A stretch of 64,000 bases of DNA from a virus: the IMG/VR virus record IMGVR_UViG_3300025769_012879, positions 64,001-128,000 of that record; one strand, given 5' to 3'. Each line of letters opens with the position of its first letter. Position 1 is the first letter of the stretch. The notes under the pieces are model-generated. The model saw only the letters and a list, made by a program, of their open reading frames with translations, was not told the DNA's origin and made no database searches. Shown here one piece after another: positions 1 through 9,538 of the stretch. A program made the translations under genes and the position numbers.

Positions 1-593
1 AAAAAAGAAATGCAAATGAGAATGCAGCATCACAATACTTTTCGCCAAAGTTTTTTATTGCCAACTTCCTTAGTCCTACCATAGAGAATAATTTTAAAGG
101 AAAAATAAGTTTTAAGGATTATAAAGATAACTCATTTATAAGTTTTGATAGTGGGCAATTTTTTAAAACAAAAAGCGCTTTAGATTTTGATTTAAATTCC
201 AAGAACGTTAAAGTCATTGAGAATAAAACTTTTTCGAAAGTAGAAGATATAAGACCTATAAAAGAATTTTTACTTTCATATAAAAAAGATGAGCAAATAG
301 TTAATAGCGGTTTAAAAAATAAGACAGAGTGTGGCACACAAGAGTTGAAAGCAGACGAAAGCGTCAACTTACCAATGGACAAGAAAGAGTTGGTGTTAAG
401 CATTACAAAAAATCTAAAGCAAGATATCTATTATTTAGATTCAGTAAACGATACTGCTGCCGGTTTAATATTTAAAAAAGTTGATGAAAATACTTTACCA
501 ACTTTGGAAATAGGTCAGAAACTTTTACTTAGAATTAATAATTATAACGAGTATTATGATTCTTATTTTTACTTGGTGAATAATTTAGGATAA
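1..593 (+). CDS. 3' part of a large hypothetical (probably virion) protein, open from the window edge
   Basis: The frame of ORF 345..593 is stop-free back to position 3 (KRNANENAASQYFSPK...); it ends TAG 593, 3 nt before the next ATG. Confidence 0.75.
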   Translation, partial: KRNANENAASQYFSPKFFIANFLSPTIENNFKGKISFKDYKDNSFISFDSGQFFKTKSALDFDLNSKNVKVIENKTFSKVEDIRPIKEFLLSYKKDEQIVNSGLKNKTECGTQELKADESVNLPMDKKELVLSITKNLKQDIYYLDSVNDTAAGLIFKKVDENTLPTLEIGQKLLLRINNYNEYYDSYFYLVNNLG

Positions 594-596
594 AAC

Positions 597-3500
597 ATGG
601 CTGATTTTGAAAAAGCAGGTAACGATTTATACGGCGCAAGCGAAGGCGATTCTGCCGGTCCCGGTCAAGATTTTTCGGGAGGCGGGGATCAGTCTGGACA
701 ATCTGGACCATTAAATGAATTTCCATCAGCAGAAGGATCTGCGCCAGGAGAGGCACCTTCAAGTTTTCCTGTGGGCGACCTTCCAGTAGAAGGAGACTTT
801 TCTGCGTTTGTACCAGTAGATGAAGGCATTCTTGGCGGTGGTGCTGACGGTAGTGGTCAGATAACAGGAGAAACGCCACCAGAAGGTCCCCCACCAAATG
901 CAATCGGACCCACTGGTGATGATCAACTTGATACAGACATTGCAGAGGCAACTGCCCCTGGAGACATAACAACTCCAGATATCACTTTAACACCTGAAAT
1001 AGTTGCAAAAGATTTGAAACCTGGACCAAAGAAAGTAATTAAAAATCCTAGTTTATTTGATGTGAGTTTGTTAAAATCACCAGATGATTTAAAAAATTAC
1101 TTATCAGACCCTATTGCATTCATGGGCAACTATGTTTGGAATTATGACGTAACTTCCAACCAAATGGTCTTTAGATATACATTGCCTGATGATGTAATTC
1201 AAGATATAAATAAGATTACCAATCAATTTATAAAAGAATGTGAAATTTTGATATTTAATAATAAAGAAGTCTACAACCAAGATGAGGATACCAATCTACT
1301 CCTTAGAAAAATCATAATAGATAATCTTTTTCGACAGTTATTTGGTAAAAAGGTTAGAGAGTTCTTGGAGTCTAAATACCCAAATAGAGATTTGTCATTT
1401 TTAGTAGAAGAGGCAAAGATTACAGATGAAAAGTTCTCTCCATTGTTTAACGAAAATATTAAATTCTTTTGGTTTTGGTTAAATCAAGTTTGTTCAAAAA
1501 ATGTAGGAGTCCAGCAAAGTAGAATTTCAATTAATTTTAACGCAGAGTCTGCAAAACCGTTAAACTTGGTTTTTTATTACCTTGTACAATATTACTTGGG
1601 TGTTCCAAATTTAAATAACACCGAACAACAGAAGTCAATAATACCAAATGAAGAGAGTGTTATAGAGGCGTTACTAAAAACTGAATCAACAGATAAACCA
1701 AAACCAGGGCAAAAATTATTTAAATCTGTGCAGACTTATGATTATTACTACTTGTTATTTATAGACGCTATAAAAGACAATATTTTCACAAACACAAACA
1801 ACTACATCCGAAAAAATGCTAAAAACTTAATTGTAAGTGAACCAGTGATAAACTTTCAAGGTTCACCATTTTTTGGAGAAGGCATTCAGAGTCTAAGCGA
1901 AAAACAAAAAAAGTTGCTTGCAATTCCAAAAATAATAAATGAGTGTAAAAATATTGATGGTTCGAAAGATGAAACTTCTTTAAAACTTTTTTATAAAGAG
2001 GGAAGTGATGACATACTAGATAAGAATATTCCTGCTGGAAATCTTGGATGTTCGACTAAAGTTAAAAAGTGGGACGAGGCAAAAAATATAATTTTTGATT
2101 ATGATAGTGTTTTATCATCAAACCCAAGAAAAAATCTATCACTGCCATACTATAATAAATTAAACGTTGAATACAGTACTGCAATACCAAAAGAAGTCAA
2201 CATCTACGAAGCATTTAAGAACGACATTGCAAAAAAAGACACAACCAAATTATCAAGTTTCTTTAAGTCCCAAAAAGAGTTTTCCACATTGGCAACTTTA
2301 AAAGCGGCAGGTGATTTAGAATTAAGTGAAGTTTTAGTAGATAAAAGTTTGGTTGATGGAAAGAATTTTAAAGTTGCTAATTTAATATTGTCAAGTTATG
2401 AAAAGGGAGAAGGTCCTACAGAGTTTTACAAACTTTTATCAAATAAAAATCCTGAATTATATGTGAAAGGGTTCTCTCAATTGGCACCGTTCAATGGCGT
2501 TTTTCCTATTACTTCAAAGGTTAGAAAAAGAAGAGAAAACCAATCAATAGTTCAATCTTTTTATGTAAACGTATACGATACTAATTTAAATGGCGGCAAT
2601 AAACTTTACTCTTTGTATGATTCCCAACTAAAATATGGGGCAGGATACAAATATGAATTGCTTGAATTGATGAACTTTATTGAGGTAAATTATCAATACG
2701 AAAATGTATTCATAGATGACACAAAGGAAGTCATAACTGATACCCTCTCTGGAAAAGTTGCTGGACGAAAAATTGATATTGTTTTTGATGTTTCTCAGAA
2801 CTATAAAAATATTATTAACTCTTACAAGCAAGACGAAACAGATTTAAGCACATCATATGTTGATTTGCCACCAGTACCTTTGTACATGGAAGTATTTCCA
2901 TTGAAGGGTATGAACGATAAATTAGCATTTGCTTTTCAGAAATTTTCACAATCAAAGAAAGTTATTTATAAATCAATATCTAAAAAATTGTGGACAGAAG
3001 GTTGGAGTCAATCTAGAGAGTATTATATAAAGAATTCAAAAATAGAAGAAAAGTCAGTGCCTGAAGACAGAATTTATTTTTCTGATCAAAGCATAAAGAA
3101 GATAAACATATATTTCAAGAAAGGCGAAAAACCAACAAGTTTGTTAGAAATGACTGAAAAGTTTGGTGAACTTAACATATTTGAGGATTCATATTCTAAG
3201 TCTTTTAATTTGGAACCAAATGTTAAATATTATTTTGCATCAAAATCTGAATCCTTCACTGGACTTGAATCTTATTTTAGCGATGTGTATGAAGTTGAGT
3301 TAGTTGATGAAGGTGGTACTGTTTTCCCAATAGTAAAAGTTGTAGAGTTGGGCAAGATCAGACAAAGAATGGAGAGCATCAGTCTGTCAGATAAATTCAG
3401 AATTCAACCTGCCATGTTGCAGCAGGCACCCAATATTGAAAAAGATACGATAGGTTTCCTATCACCATCTGTTTTTTCTGATATAGAAGAGACTAGACCA

Positions 3501-4646
3501 AGATTTAAAGTACGATTGACTTCAAAAAAGACAGGCAGAAAGGTCGACTTCAACATAATTTATAAAAGAAAAATTAGTTTAGGTGCTCTCGATGCGGGAG
3601 AACTTAGTGTTGATTCGGTTAAGAAAGAAGACATCTTAATAAGTTATAAATCAAAATTTACAGAAAAAGCAGTGTCAGTTGCTGTTGATCCAGAGGTTGC
3701 TGATTTGGGTCCTGGTGCCAAATGGGGAGACATACTTACAGATCCCAATATTATTGATGTGATTTCCGGTGTCTTTTCTGATGAAAAATTAATTGAAGCG
3801 GCAATTGCTGCTGGTTTTAATGCAACTGGAATAATAAATGGTATTGTACCAACAATTGTAAATTATGCAGCAGAAAAAGAGAAAAAAGATGCTGAGGCAG
3901 CAGCAGCGGTTAGCACTGGCATTATTTCACCTATTGGTGCTCAAGTTGGTGAAATTATAGCAGCAGATCAAAAAGAACTCAAAAAACAAAAGGAAGACCT
4001 CGGTGCGGCGATTGGATTGGGAGTTAAGACAAAAATTTCAGGAGATGACTTAATTCAAGCGGGTTTAAATTTGACAAATCCTTGCTGCAAATCTGTTCTA
4101 AATGTGCCAGACGGTGTTGGTGGTCTAAAGGGTGAGACACAAAAAACCGACTTTAAAAGGTTGGACGATATTTACAATCTTGTAAAGCAAAAGAACTTTA
4201 ATAAAGATCAATTATTTAAATTAGTGAAAGATACAATCACGCCCACGCCCACCCTTGCTCTCCCGAAAGAGGGGGTAAATCCAGGCGTAACTAAATTAAA
4301 GAATCTGGAAGCGCTCTGTTATTTTTGTAAGCGCGTAGAATACAAATCTACTGGAAAATCATTGTTTGCAATAATTGAAGAAAAATTATCAGGAGCAGAC
4401 CTCACAAAGTTTATAGACTTGATTGACTGTACAAAATTGGGTTGGCAGGATAAAAGAGGGCAAGTGCCAGCAAATAAATTTTATTGGAAATCCTCAGAAA
4501 TAACTATTCTCAATGCTAGTCCTATGTCTTTAGTTGTAACAGGCAAATGCCCGGTGCCAACAAAGAATGCATTTAATGCACCAGGGTCAGAGGATCTTAG
4601 TAATACTGATACGACACCAGGGTTCACACCAAATTTTGGAGATTAA
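597..4646 (+). CDS. large hypothetical virion/baseplate-associated protein (1349 aa)
   Basis: Long ORF with a Pro/Gly/Asp-rich N-terminus and a Cys cluster near the C-terminus; adjacent to baseplate-like genes. Confidence 0.6.
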   Translation: MADFEKAGNDLYGASEGDSAGPGQDFSGGGDQSGQSGPLNEFPSAEGSAPGEAPSSFPVGDLPVEGDFSAFVPVDEGILGGGADGSGQITGETPPEGPPPNAIGPTGDDQLDTDIAEATAPGDITTPDITLTPEIVAKDLKPGPKKVIKNPSLFDVSLLKSPDDLKNYLSDPIAFMGNYVWNYDVTSNQMVFRYTLPDDVIQDINKITNQFIKECEILIFNNKEVYNQDEDTNLLLRKIIIDNLFRQLFGKKVREFLESKYPNRDLSFLVEEAKITDEKFSPLFNENIKFFWFWLNQVCSKNVGVQQSRISINFNAESAKPLNLVFYYLVQYYLGVPNLNNTEQQKSIIPNEESVIEALLKTESTDKPKPGQKLFKSVQTYDYYYLLFIDAIKDNIFTNTNNYIRKNAKNLIVSEPVINFQGSPFFGEGIQSLSEKQKKLLAIPKIINECKNIDGSKDETSLKLFYKEGSDDILDKNIPAGNLGCSTKVKKWDEAKNIIFDYDSVLSSNPRKNLSLPYYNKLNVEYSTAIPKEVNIYEAFKNDIAKKDTTKLSSFFKSQKEFSTLATLKAAGDLELSEVLVDKSLVDGKNFKVANLILSSYEKGEGPTEFYKLLSNKNPELYVKGFSQLAPFNGVFPITSKVRKRRENQSIVQSFYVNVYDTNLNGGNKLYSLYDSQLKYGAGYKYELLELMNFIEVNYQYENVFIDDTKEVITDTLSGKVAGRKIDIVFDVSQNYKNIINSYKQDETDLSTSYVDLPPVPLYMEVFPLKGMNDKLAFAFQKFSQSKKVIYKSISKKLWTEGWSQSREYYIKNSKIEEKSVPEDRIYFSDQSIKKINIYFKKGEKPTSLLEMTEKFGELNIFEDSYSKSFNLEPNVKYYFASKSESFTGLESYFSDVYEVELVDEGGTVFPIVKVVELGKIRQRMESISLSDKFRIQPAMLQQAPNIEKDTIGFLSPSVFSDIEETRPRFKVRLTSKKTGRKVDFNIIYKRKISLGALDAGELSVDSVKKEDILISYKSKFTEKAVSVAVDPEVADLGPGAKWGDILTDPNIIDVISGVFSDEKLIEAAIAAGFNATGIINGIVPTIVNYAAEKEKKDAEAAAAVSTGIISPIGAQVGEIIAADQKELKKQKEDLGAAIGLGVKTKISGDDLIQAGLNLTNPCCKSVLNVPDGVGGLKGETQKTDFKRLDDIYNLVKQKNFNKDQLFKLVKDTITPTPTLALPKEGVNPGVTKLKNLEALCYFCKRVEYKSTGKSLFAIIEEKLSGADLTKFIDLIDCTKLGWQDKRGQVPANKFYWKSSEITILNASPMSLVVTGKCPVPTKNAFNAPGSEDLSNTDTTPGFTPNFGD

Positions 4647-4670
4647 TAAAAACATTTTATCAAATATATG

Positions 4671-4679
4671 ACTATTTAT
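4671..4679 (+). promoter_or_regulatory. putative late promoter ACTATTTAT
   Basis: Recurrent intergenic motif followed by SD AGGAG and ATG 4700. Confidence 0.7.
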
Positions 4680-4699
4680 ATTGATTAGGAGCAAATCAA

Positions 4700-5644
4700 A
4701 TGGCAAGTTTTTTAGATAATAGTGGCGATATAATTTTAGATGCCGTGCTTACAGACACAGGTAGAAAATTATTGGCAGAGGCACAAGGACAATTTAGTAT
4801 TGTTACGTTTTCTTTTTCAGATGACGAGATCAACTACAACCTTTTCGATGCCACCGCCTCCACCGCCAACCAAGATTTAAATATTTTAAGAACACCAGTT
4901 TTTGAAGCGATGACCAATGCTGCATCTTCTTTGAAATATGAACTGATATCACTACAGAACAACAATATATTATTTTTGCCAACAACAAAGATTAACACCA
5001 ACGAAGCAAATGGTGCATTCCCAGGATTCCCATTTGCAGCGTCCGCGTATGGAACAGACACTTTTGTTTTATTAGCAAGCAGTGTTGCTTCTCAGAAATT
5101 TTTAGATAATGGACCGTTACCAGCAGGATTCATTGATGGTGTAAACTACTTTGGTGTTTTGGGTAGCAAAATCATATTGGACCAAGGTTTAGACACAACA
5201 CAAATAAGTTGGACCAACTTAATAAACAACGACGACTTAATAGAGGAGAGTTGGATATTTGAGGGAGATGAAAGACTTTTAGTTCCTTTGACGCCTGATG
5301 CTCAAAACTTTGCCGCTCCTTCTTTTGTGGATAGCGACAATATTGCAACATACCTATTAGAAGATAATGAATACTATCAGCAGGGTGCTGACGGAAGTCA
5401 AGCACTTGCTAAGAAGGAAACATCTCCAATTGCAGGTCCAAGAGGTCCAAGAACATTAATACCAATCGCAGCAGGCGAATTAGTCTTGGGAAGTAGTTAT
5501 CTTCACGATCAGATTGGAACCACAGAGAGTGGTTATTTCCCAGATGGTACAGACGCAAAAGTTATTGATACTAAGTTTAGACTAAAAGGAAATAACACTG
5601 GAATGACTGTAGAAGTACCAGTTAGAGTAGTAAGAGAAGCATAA
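4700..5644 (+). CDS. baseplate/tail-collar-like structural protein
   Basis: N-terminal IILDAVLTDTGRKLLA...FSFSDDEINY resembles the N-terminal part of the P2 gpH/DUF3751 fibre-attachment domain. Confidence 0.6.
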   Translation: MASFLDNSGDIILDAVLTDTGRKLLAEAQGQFSIVTFSFSDDEINYNLFDATASTANQDLNILRTPVFEAMTNAASSLKYELISLQNNNILFLPTTKINTNEANGAFPGFPFAASAYGTDTFVLLASSVASQKFLDNGPLPAGFIDGVNYFGVLGSKIILDQGLDTTQISWTNLINNDDLIEESWIFEGDERLLVPLTPDAQNFAAPSFVDSDNIATYLLEDNEYYQQGADGSQALAKKETSPIAGPRGPRTLIPIAAGELVLGSSYLHDQIGTTESGYFPDGTDAKVIDTKFRLKGNNTGMTVEVPVRVVREA

Positions 5645-5668
5645 TTTTAAAGGAAAAAGGAAACAAAA

Positions 5669-6757
5669 ATGGCAATTAGAAAACCGCTAGCACAGGAAGA
5701 TATAACTGCAACTAAAACATTGTTGCACGAAAGTTTACCAATTACTGGTACAATTTTTTCTGGTACTTACGACACTGACGATCTTACAAGAGGAACAAAT
5801 ATTAAGACCTATGGTCACGGCATGTTTCAGTCTGTTTATGATTACCCTTACCTAAGTTCCTCAGCAAACCACATCATGGACCTAACTTTAGGTATTAGAA
5901 ATGAGACAGTTGCCTCTCAGAGTGTTGATAAGGCAAACATTTACAGTGAGTTTGCTCAGATGTTGGCAGGATATGATTCCACTGCATCAATCGAACCATT
6001 GAGAGTTTCAGGAACCGCAACTGGTGATATTATCCAGAATCCTATGTTCATTAGCGTTGCTAGACTTCTACAGAAGGATGAAATTCAAAAAGGTTCATTT
6101 AAGTTAACACTAGGTTTGGATGAAGACTACTCTACACCTTTCACCAATCTATTTTACATTAGTGATTTTGGTGCAACTGAATCTTACAATTCCGTTAACT
6201 CTCCTCTTGGCGAGTTCGGCATTCTTAGAAGTGGATCATCAACTGATGCAACCGATGCAGCAAACAACGACGCTGTTGGTTTAGTTTACTATCAGGCAGG
6301 AATTGTTGTTCTAGATATGTCCGCAACAATTGATTTAGCAATGGCAAATCAATCATTAACCGGCGATGATTTTGAGTTTGTGAAAAGCAGCACAACATCA
6401 CCAAACTTGTTAACTTACACAGGAAGTTATGAGTCAGGAACAATTGATCAAAACGCTGATGCATTAAGACACAGAATTTACAATATGGAATTCAACAACA
6501 CAACAGAATTGAATTCAACAATTTACTTCTGTAGAGCAGGACATAATGAATTCAACTATAGTTCAAACCCAACATACTTGTCTTCTAGTCAAATAAGGGT
6601 TAAGGGTAACAATCCCAAGGCGAATCCCATTAGTTATATCACAACAGTTGGATTATACTCTGCTGAAGGTGCGCTTGTCGCGGTTGGTAAATTTAGTGAA
6701 CCATTAAGAAAGGATTCTACGACTGAATTGACTGTCCGTGTAAGATTGGATTACTAA
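5669..6757 (+). CDS. baseplate/tail-collar-like structural protein
   Basis: C-terminal YITTVGLYSAEGALVAVGKFSEPLRKD...VRVRLDY resembles the DUF3751 C-terminal part. Confidence 0.6.
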   Translation: MAIRKPLAQEDITATKTLLHESLPITGTIFSGTYDTDDLTRGTNIKTYGHGMFQSVYDYPYLSSSANHIMDLTLGIRNETVASQSVDKANIYSEFAQMLAGYDSTASIEPLRVSGTATGDIIQNPMFISVARLLQKDEIQKGSFKLTLGLDEDYSTPFTNLFYISDFGATESYNSVNSPLGEFGILRSGSSTDATDAANNDAVGLVYYQAGIVVLDMSATIDLAMANQSLTGDDFEFVKSSTTSPNLLTYTGSYESGTIDQNADALRHRIYNMEFNNTTELNSTIYFCRAGHNEFNYSSNPTYLSSSQIRVKGNNPKANPISYITTVGLYSAEGALVAVGKFSEPLRKDSTTELTVRVRLDY

Positions 6758-6768
6758 GAGATGTTGAA

Positions 6769-8100
6769 ATGCCAAAAAAGAAATTTGGACCAGATGATGT
6801 ATTTCATAACACAGTAAAGACGTACCCAAAGTATAATTTTACATACTATTTTAATAACTCGTATATAAATAATCGACAAACAGATGGTCAAAATGTAGTA
6901 AGCGGCACTCTGTCTTTATATGAACTAAATGTAGACAGAGAAGTTGGAACTACTGATTTAATAAGTAATTTCATTATTAAAGGTGAAAATGATCTAAATT
7001 TTGTACCTTCAAATGTTGCTGACCCTTTGACAAATCAAGAGTATAAAGTTTTAAATCCCGGTACAATTATGAGAGGTACTTACCCAATAACCTCTTCAAT
7101 ATCAAGAGAGAGGTTGATCGGTAATGGTGCAGCAGCACCCTTTAGCGGATTCGATATCTTAGAGGGCATTTCAGAGGCAGAATCAGTTCGAAAAATAATT
7201 GCTTTACAAAATGTTTATCAATATAACGAAATTTATAGCAATAAATTTAACTATTCTGACTTTTATATATCCGGTGCCATAAATGCAAAGGCGACAACAA
7301 TACAAGAAGCAGCATCGCCATATCAAAAATATATGTCATTGTTCTGTTTCCCAGAAATATTTAAAGCGCAGAGAGTCAGACCTGGATCTCTTGAACTTAA
7401 TTTTTATATTACTGGCACACTCATTGGCACAGCAAAAGATACAAAAAGAAACGGAGAGATAGTAGAAACATATGGACCCCGAACGGGATCAACTGTTGGT
7501 ACCATATCATACAAAGAAGGAATTATGATACTGACAGGAAACTATGTTTTAGATAGTTCTGTTCAAGATGGATATTTAAGTCCTAGTTTCCATTTGGACC
7601 ATAGTGATCCACTTAGTGCGAGTTATAAAGATTCACCACGATGGGCACACTTTGGTGCATATCAATCATTTATAACCAACTCTTTAGACCCAGTTTCTGG
7701 TTCCTATGCTCCAGTTTCCTCATCATACGAGTTGAAGTTTGAAGGAACAAACGCAATTCCAACTTTAACTATGTTTTGTCACGCCAATAAAAATGAAATG
7801 AACTGGAGCAACAATTTGTCTTATTTAGATAGAGAATATGCTACAGGATCAACATATCAAGAGATAGTTGTGGCACAGACTGGATCAAACTATTACAAGG
7901 AAAAAGAAACACTAACTGTTAAAAACACTATTTCAAGTTCATTCGACAACTATTCAGCATCATATTCAGACCAAACTTTTATTTCAAAGATTAATATTTT
8001 TGATAATGATGGTAATATAATAGCAGTAGCAAAATTAGCAAAACCTGTGACTAAAACAAACAGCACAGATTATACTTTTAAATTAAAAATTGACTTATGA
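6769..8100 (+). CDS. baseplate/tail-collar-like structural protein, paralog of 5669..6757
   Basis: Shares FCxAxxNExNxSxN and ISKINIFDNDGNIIAVAKLAKPVTK...FKLKIDL with the upstream gene. Confidence 0.6.
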   Translation: MPKKKFGPDDVFHNTVKTYPKYNFTYYFNNSYINNRQTDGQNVVSGTLSLYELNVDREVGTTDLISNFIIKGENDLNFVPSNVADPLTNQEYKVLNPGTIMRGTYPITSSISRERLIGNGAAAPFSGFDILEGISEAESVRKIIALQNVYQYNEIYSNKFNYSDFYISGAINAKATTIQEAASPYQKYMSLFCFPEIFKAQRVRPGSLELNFYITGTLIGTAKDTKRNGEIVETYGPRTGSTVGTISYKEGIMILTGNYVLDSSVQDGYLSPSFHLDHSDPLSASYKDSPRWAHFGAYQSFITNSLDPVSGSYAPVSSSYELKFEGTNAIPTLTMFCHANKNEMNWSNNLSYLDREYATGSTYQEIVVAQTGSNYYKEKETLTVKNTISSSFDNYSASYSDQTFISKINIFDNDGNIIAVAKLAKPVTKTNSTDYTFKLKIDL

Positions 8101-8627
8101 TATTAGGATTAGACGTTTCAACCAGCATCACAGGATATACAATCCTTGATAGTAATGGAGACCTTATAGAATACGGTTCTATTGATACGAGAAAGCACAA
8201 AAACTTTTTTACCAAAGCAGGGGTGGTTGAACAGAAATTAATCGCTCTGAGGCAATCCTACGCGGTTCAAGCGATATATATCGAACAGTCCCTACAATCA
8301 TTTCGTTCTGGTTTCTCATCTGCACAAACTCTATCAACTCTTTCACGTTTTAATGGTGTGGTTAGTTGGATTTGTTTTACGTTGTTTAATTTAGAACCAG
8401 AATATATTGCAGCGGTGTCAGCACGGCGAATTTGTGGGATAAAAGTACCAAGAGGTACTAAAGCAAAACCAGTGGTGTTGCAATTTGTTCTTGACAACGA
8501 ACCCCAGTTTGTTGTAGAATATACCAACAAAGGCAACCCACGTCCTGACAGTTATGATAAAGCAGACAGTTGGGTGATTGCCAAATCTGGTTTTAGCGAA
8601 TGGCAACAAAAGAACAAAAAATCTTAA
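8097..8627 (+). CDS. ruvC: RuvC-like Holliday junction resolvase
   Basis: ILGLDVSTSITG, IYIEQ and DKADS: RNase H-fold acidic motifs. Confidence 0.8.
   Translation: MILGLDVSTSITGYTILDSNGDLIEYGSIDTRKHKNFFTKAGVVEQKLIALRQSYAVQAIYIEQSLQSFRSGFSSAQTLSTLSRFNGVVSWICFTLFNLEPEYIAAVSARRICGIKVPRGTKAKPVVLQFVLDNEPQFVVEYTNKGNPRPDSYDKADSWVIAKSGFSEWQQKNKKS
8491..8520 (+). promoter_or_regulatory. sigma70-type promoter for primase
   Basis: TTGACA-N18-TAGAAT inside ruvC. Confidence 0.55.
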
Positions 8628-9538
8628 AAAAATTATTGGGTGATTACTACGAGAGCAGCGATGAAATGCTGTTCTCTTGTCCTTTTTGTAATCATCATAA
8701 GAAGAAGATGTCCATCAATCTTGAGAAGAATGTATGGAAGTGTTGGGTTTGTGATTCATCAGGTAGGTCTGTTGATTTTTTGGTAAAGAAGTTTGGGTCT
8801 GCACAAGATCTAAAAGATTGGGGTCTTGATAGAGAACTAAACTTTGAGAACATCGAGTTTATTCTTTTTGGAGAAAAAGTTGAAGTTAAGAAGGAGACGG
8901 TGTTTTTACCGGAAGGATTTATTCCTCTATTTGCACCCGGTCGCTCTTATCATAAGCAAAGGGCGCTAAAGTACATGCGAAAGCGTGGATATGATGACGA
9001 TCAGATTTTTAGAATGAAAGTCGGCACATGTACAAAAGGCGAATATAAAGGTAGAGTTATTGTCCCCTCATTTGATGAACAGGGCGATTTAAATTATTTT
9101 ATTGCTAGAACTTATGCTAATGACTTTCCAAAATACAAAAACCCGAAAGTATCAAAAGCATCAATGGTTTTTAATGAGTTGACAATCAACTTCAATCGTC
9201 CTATAATAATAGTTGAAGGTGTTTTTGATGCAATGCGTGTTGGAGAAAACGCTGTCCCAATTTTGGGATCAACAATTAAATCTGACCATCTATTGTTTCA
9301 GAGAATTGTAGAGAACAGAACACCAGTTTATATTGCGTTGGATGAAGACGCACATAAGAAAGAAAAGAAAATAATTCAGTTATTTTTGAATTATGGCATT
9401 GATGTTAAGAAGGTTGACACATCTGGATATGAAGATATTGCAGCGATGCCAAGAGAAGTGGTAGAAGAGAGAATTGAGAACGCAACTGATATGGGTGGAT
9501 TAAACTTATTGTATCAGTTGATTGACGAGGTTGCATGA
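8600..9538 (+). CDS. DNA primase (Zn finger + TOPRIM)
   Basis: CPFC...WKCWVC zinc finger; IIVEGVFDA and IALDEDA TOPRIM motifs. Confidence 0.9.
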   Translation: MATKEQKILKKLLGDYYESSDEMLFSCPFCNHHKKKMSINLEKNVWKCWVCDSSGRSVDFLVKKFGSAQDLKDWGLDRELNFENIEFILFGEKVEVKKETVFLPEGFIPLFAPGRSYHKQRALKYMRKRGYDDDQIFRMKVGTCTKGEYKGRVIVPSFDEQGDLNYFIARTYANDFPKYKNPKVSKASMVFNELTINFNRPIIIVEGVFDAMRVGENAVPILGSTIKSDHLLFQRIVENRTPVYIALDEDAHKKEKKIIQLFLNYGIDVKKVDTSGYEDIAAMPREVVEERIENATDMGGLNLLYQLIDEVA

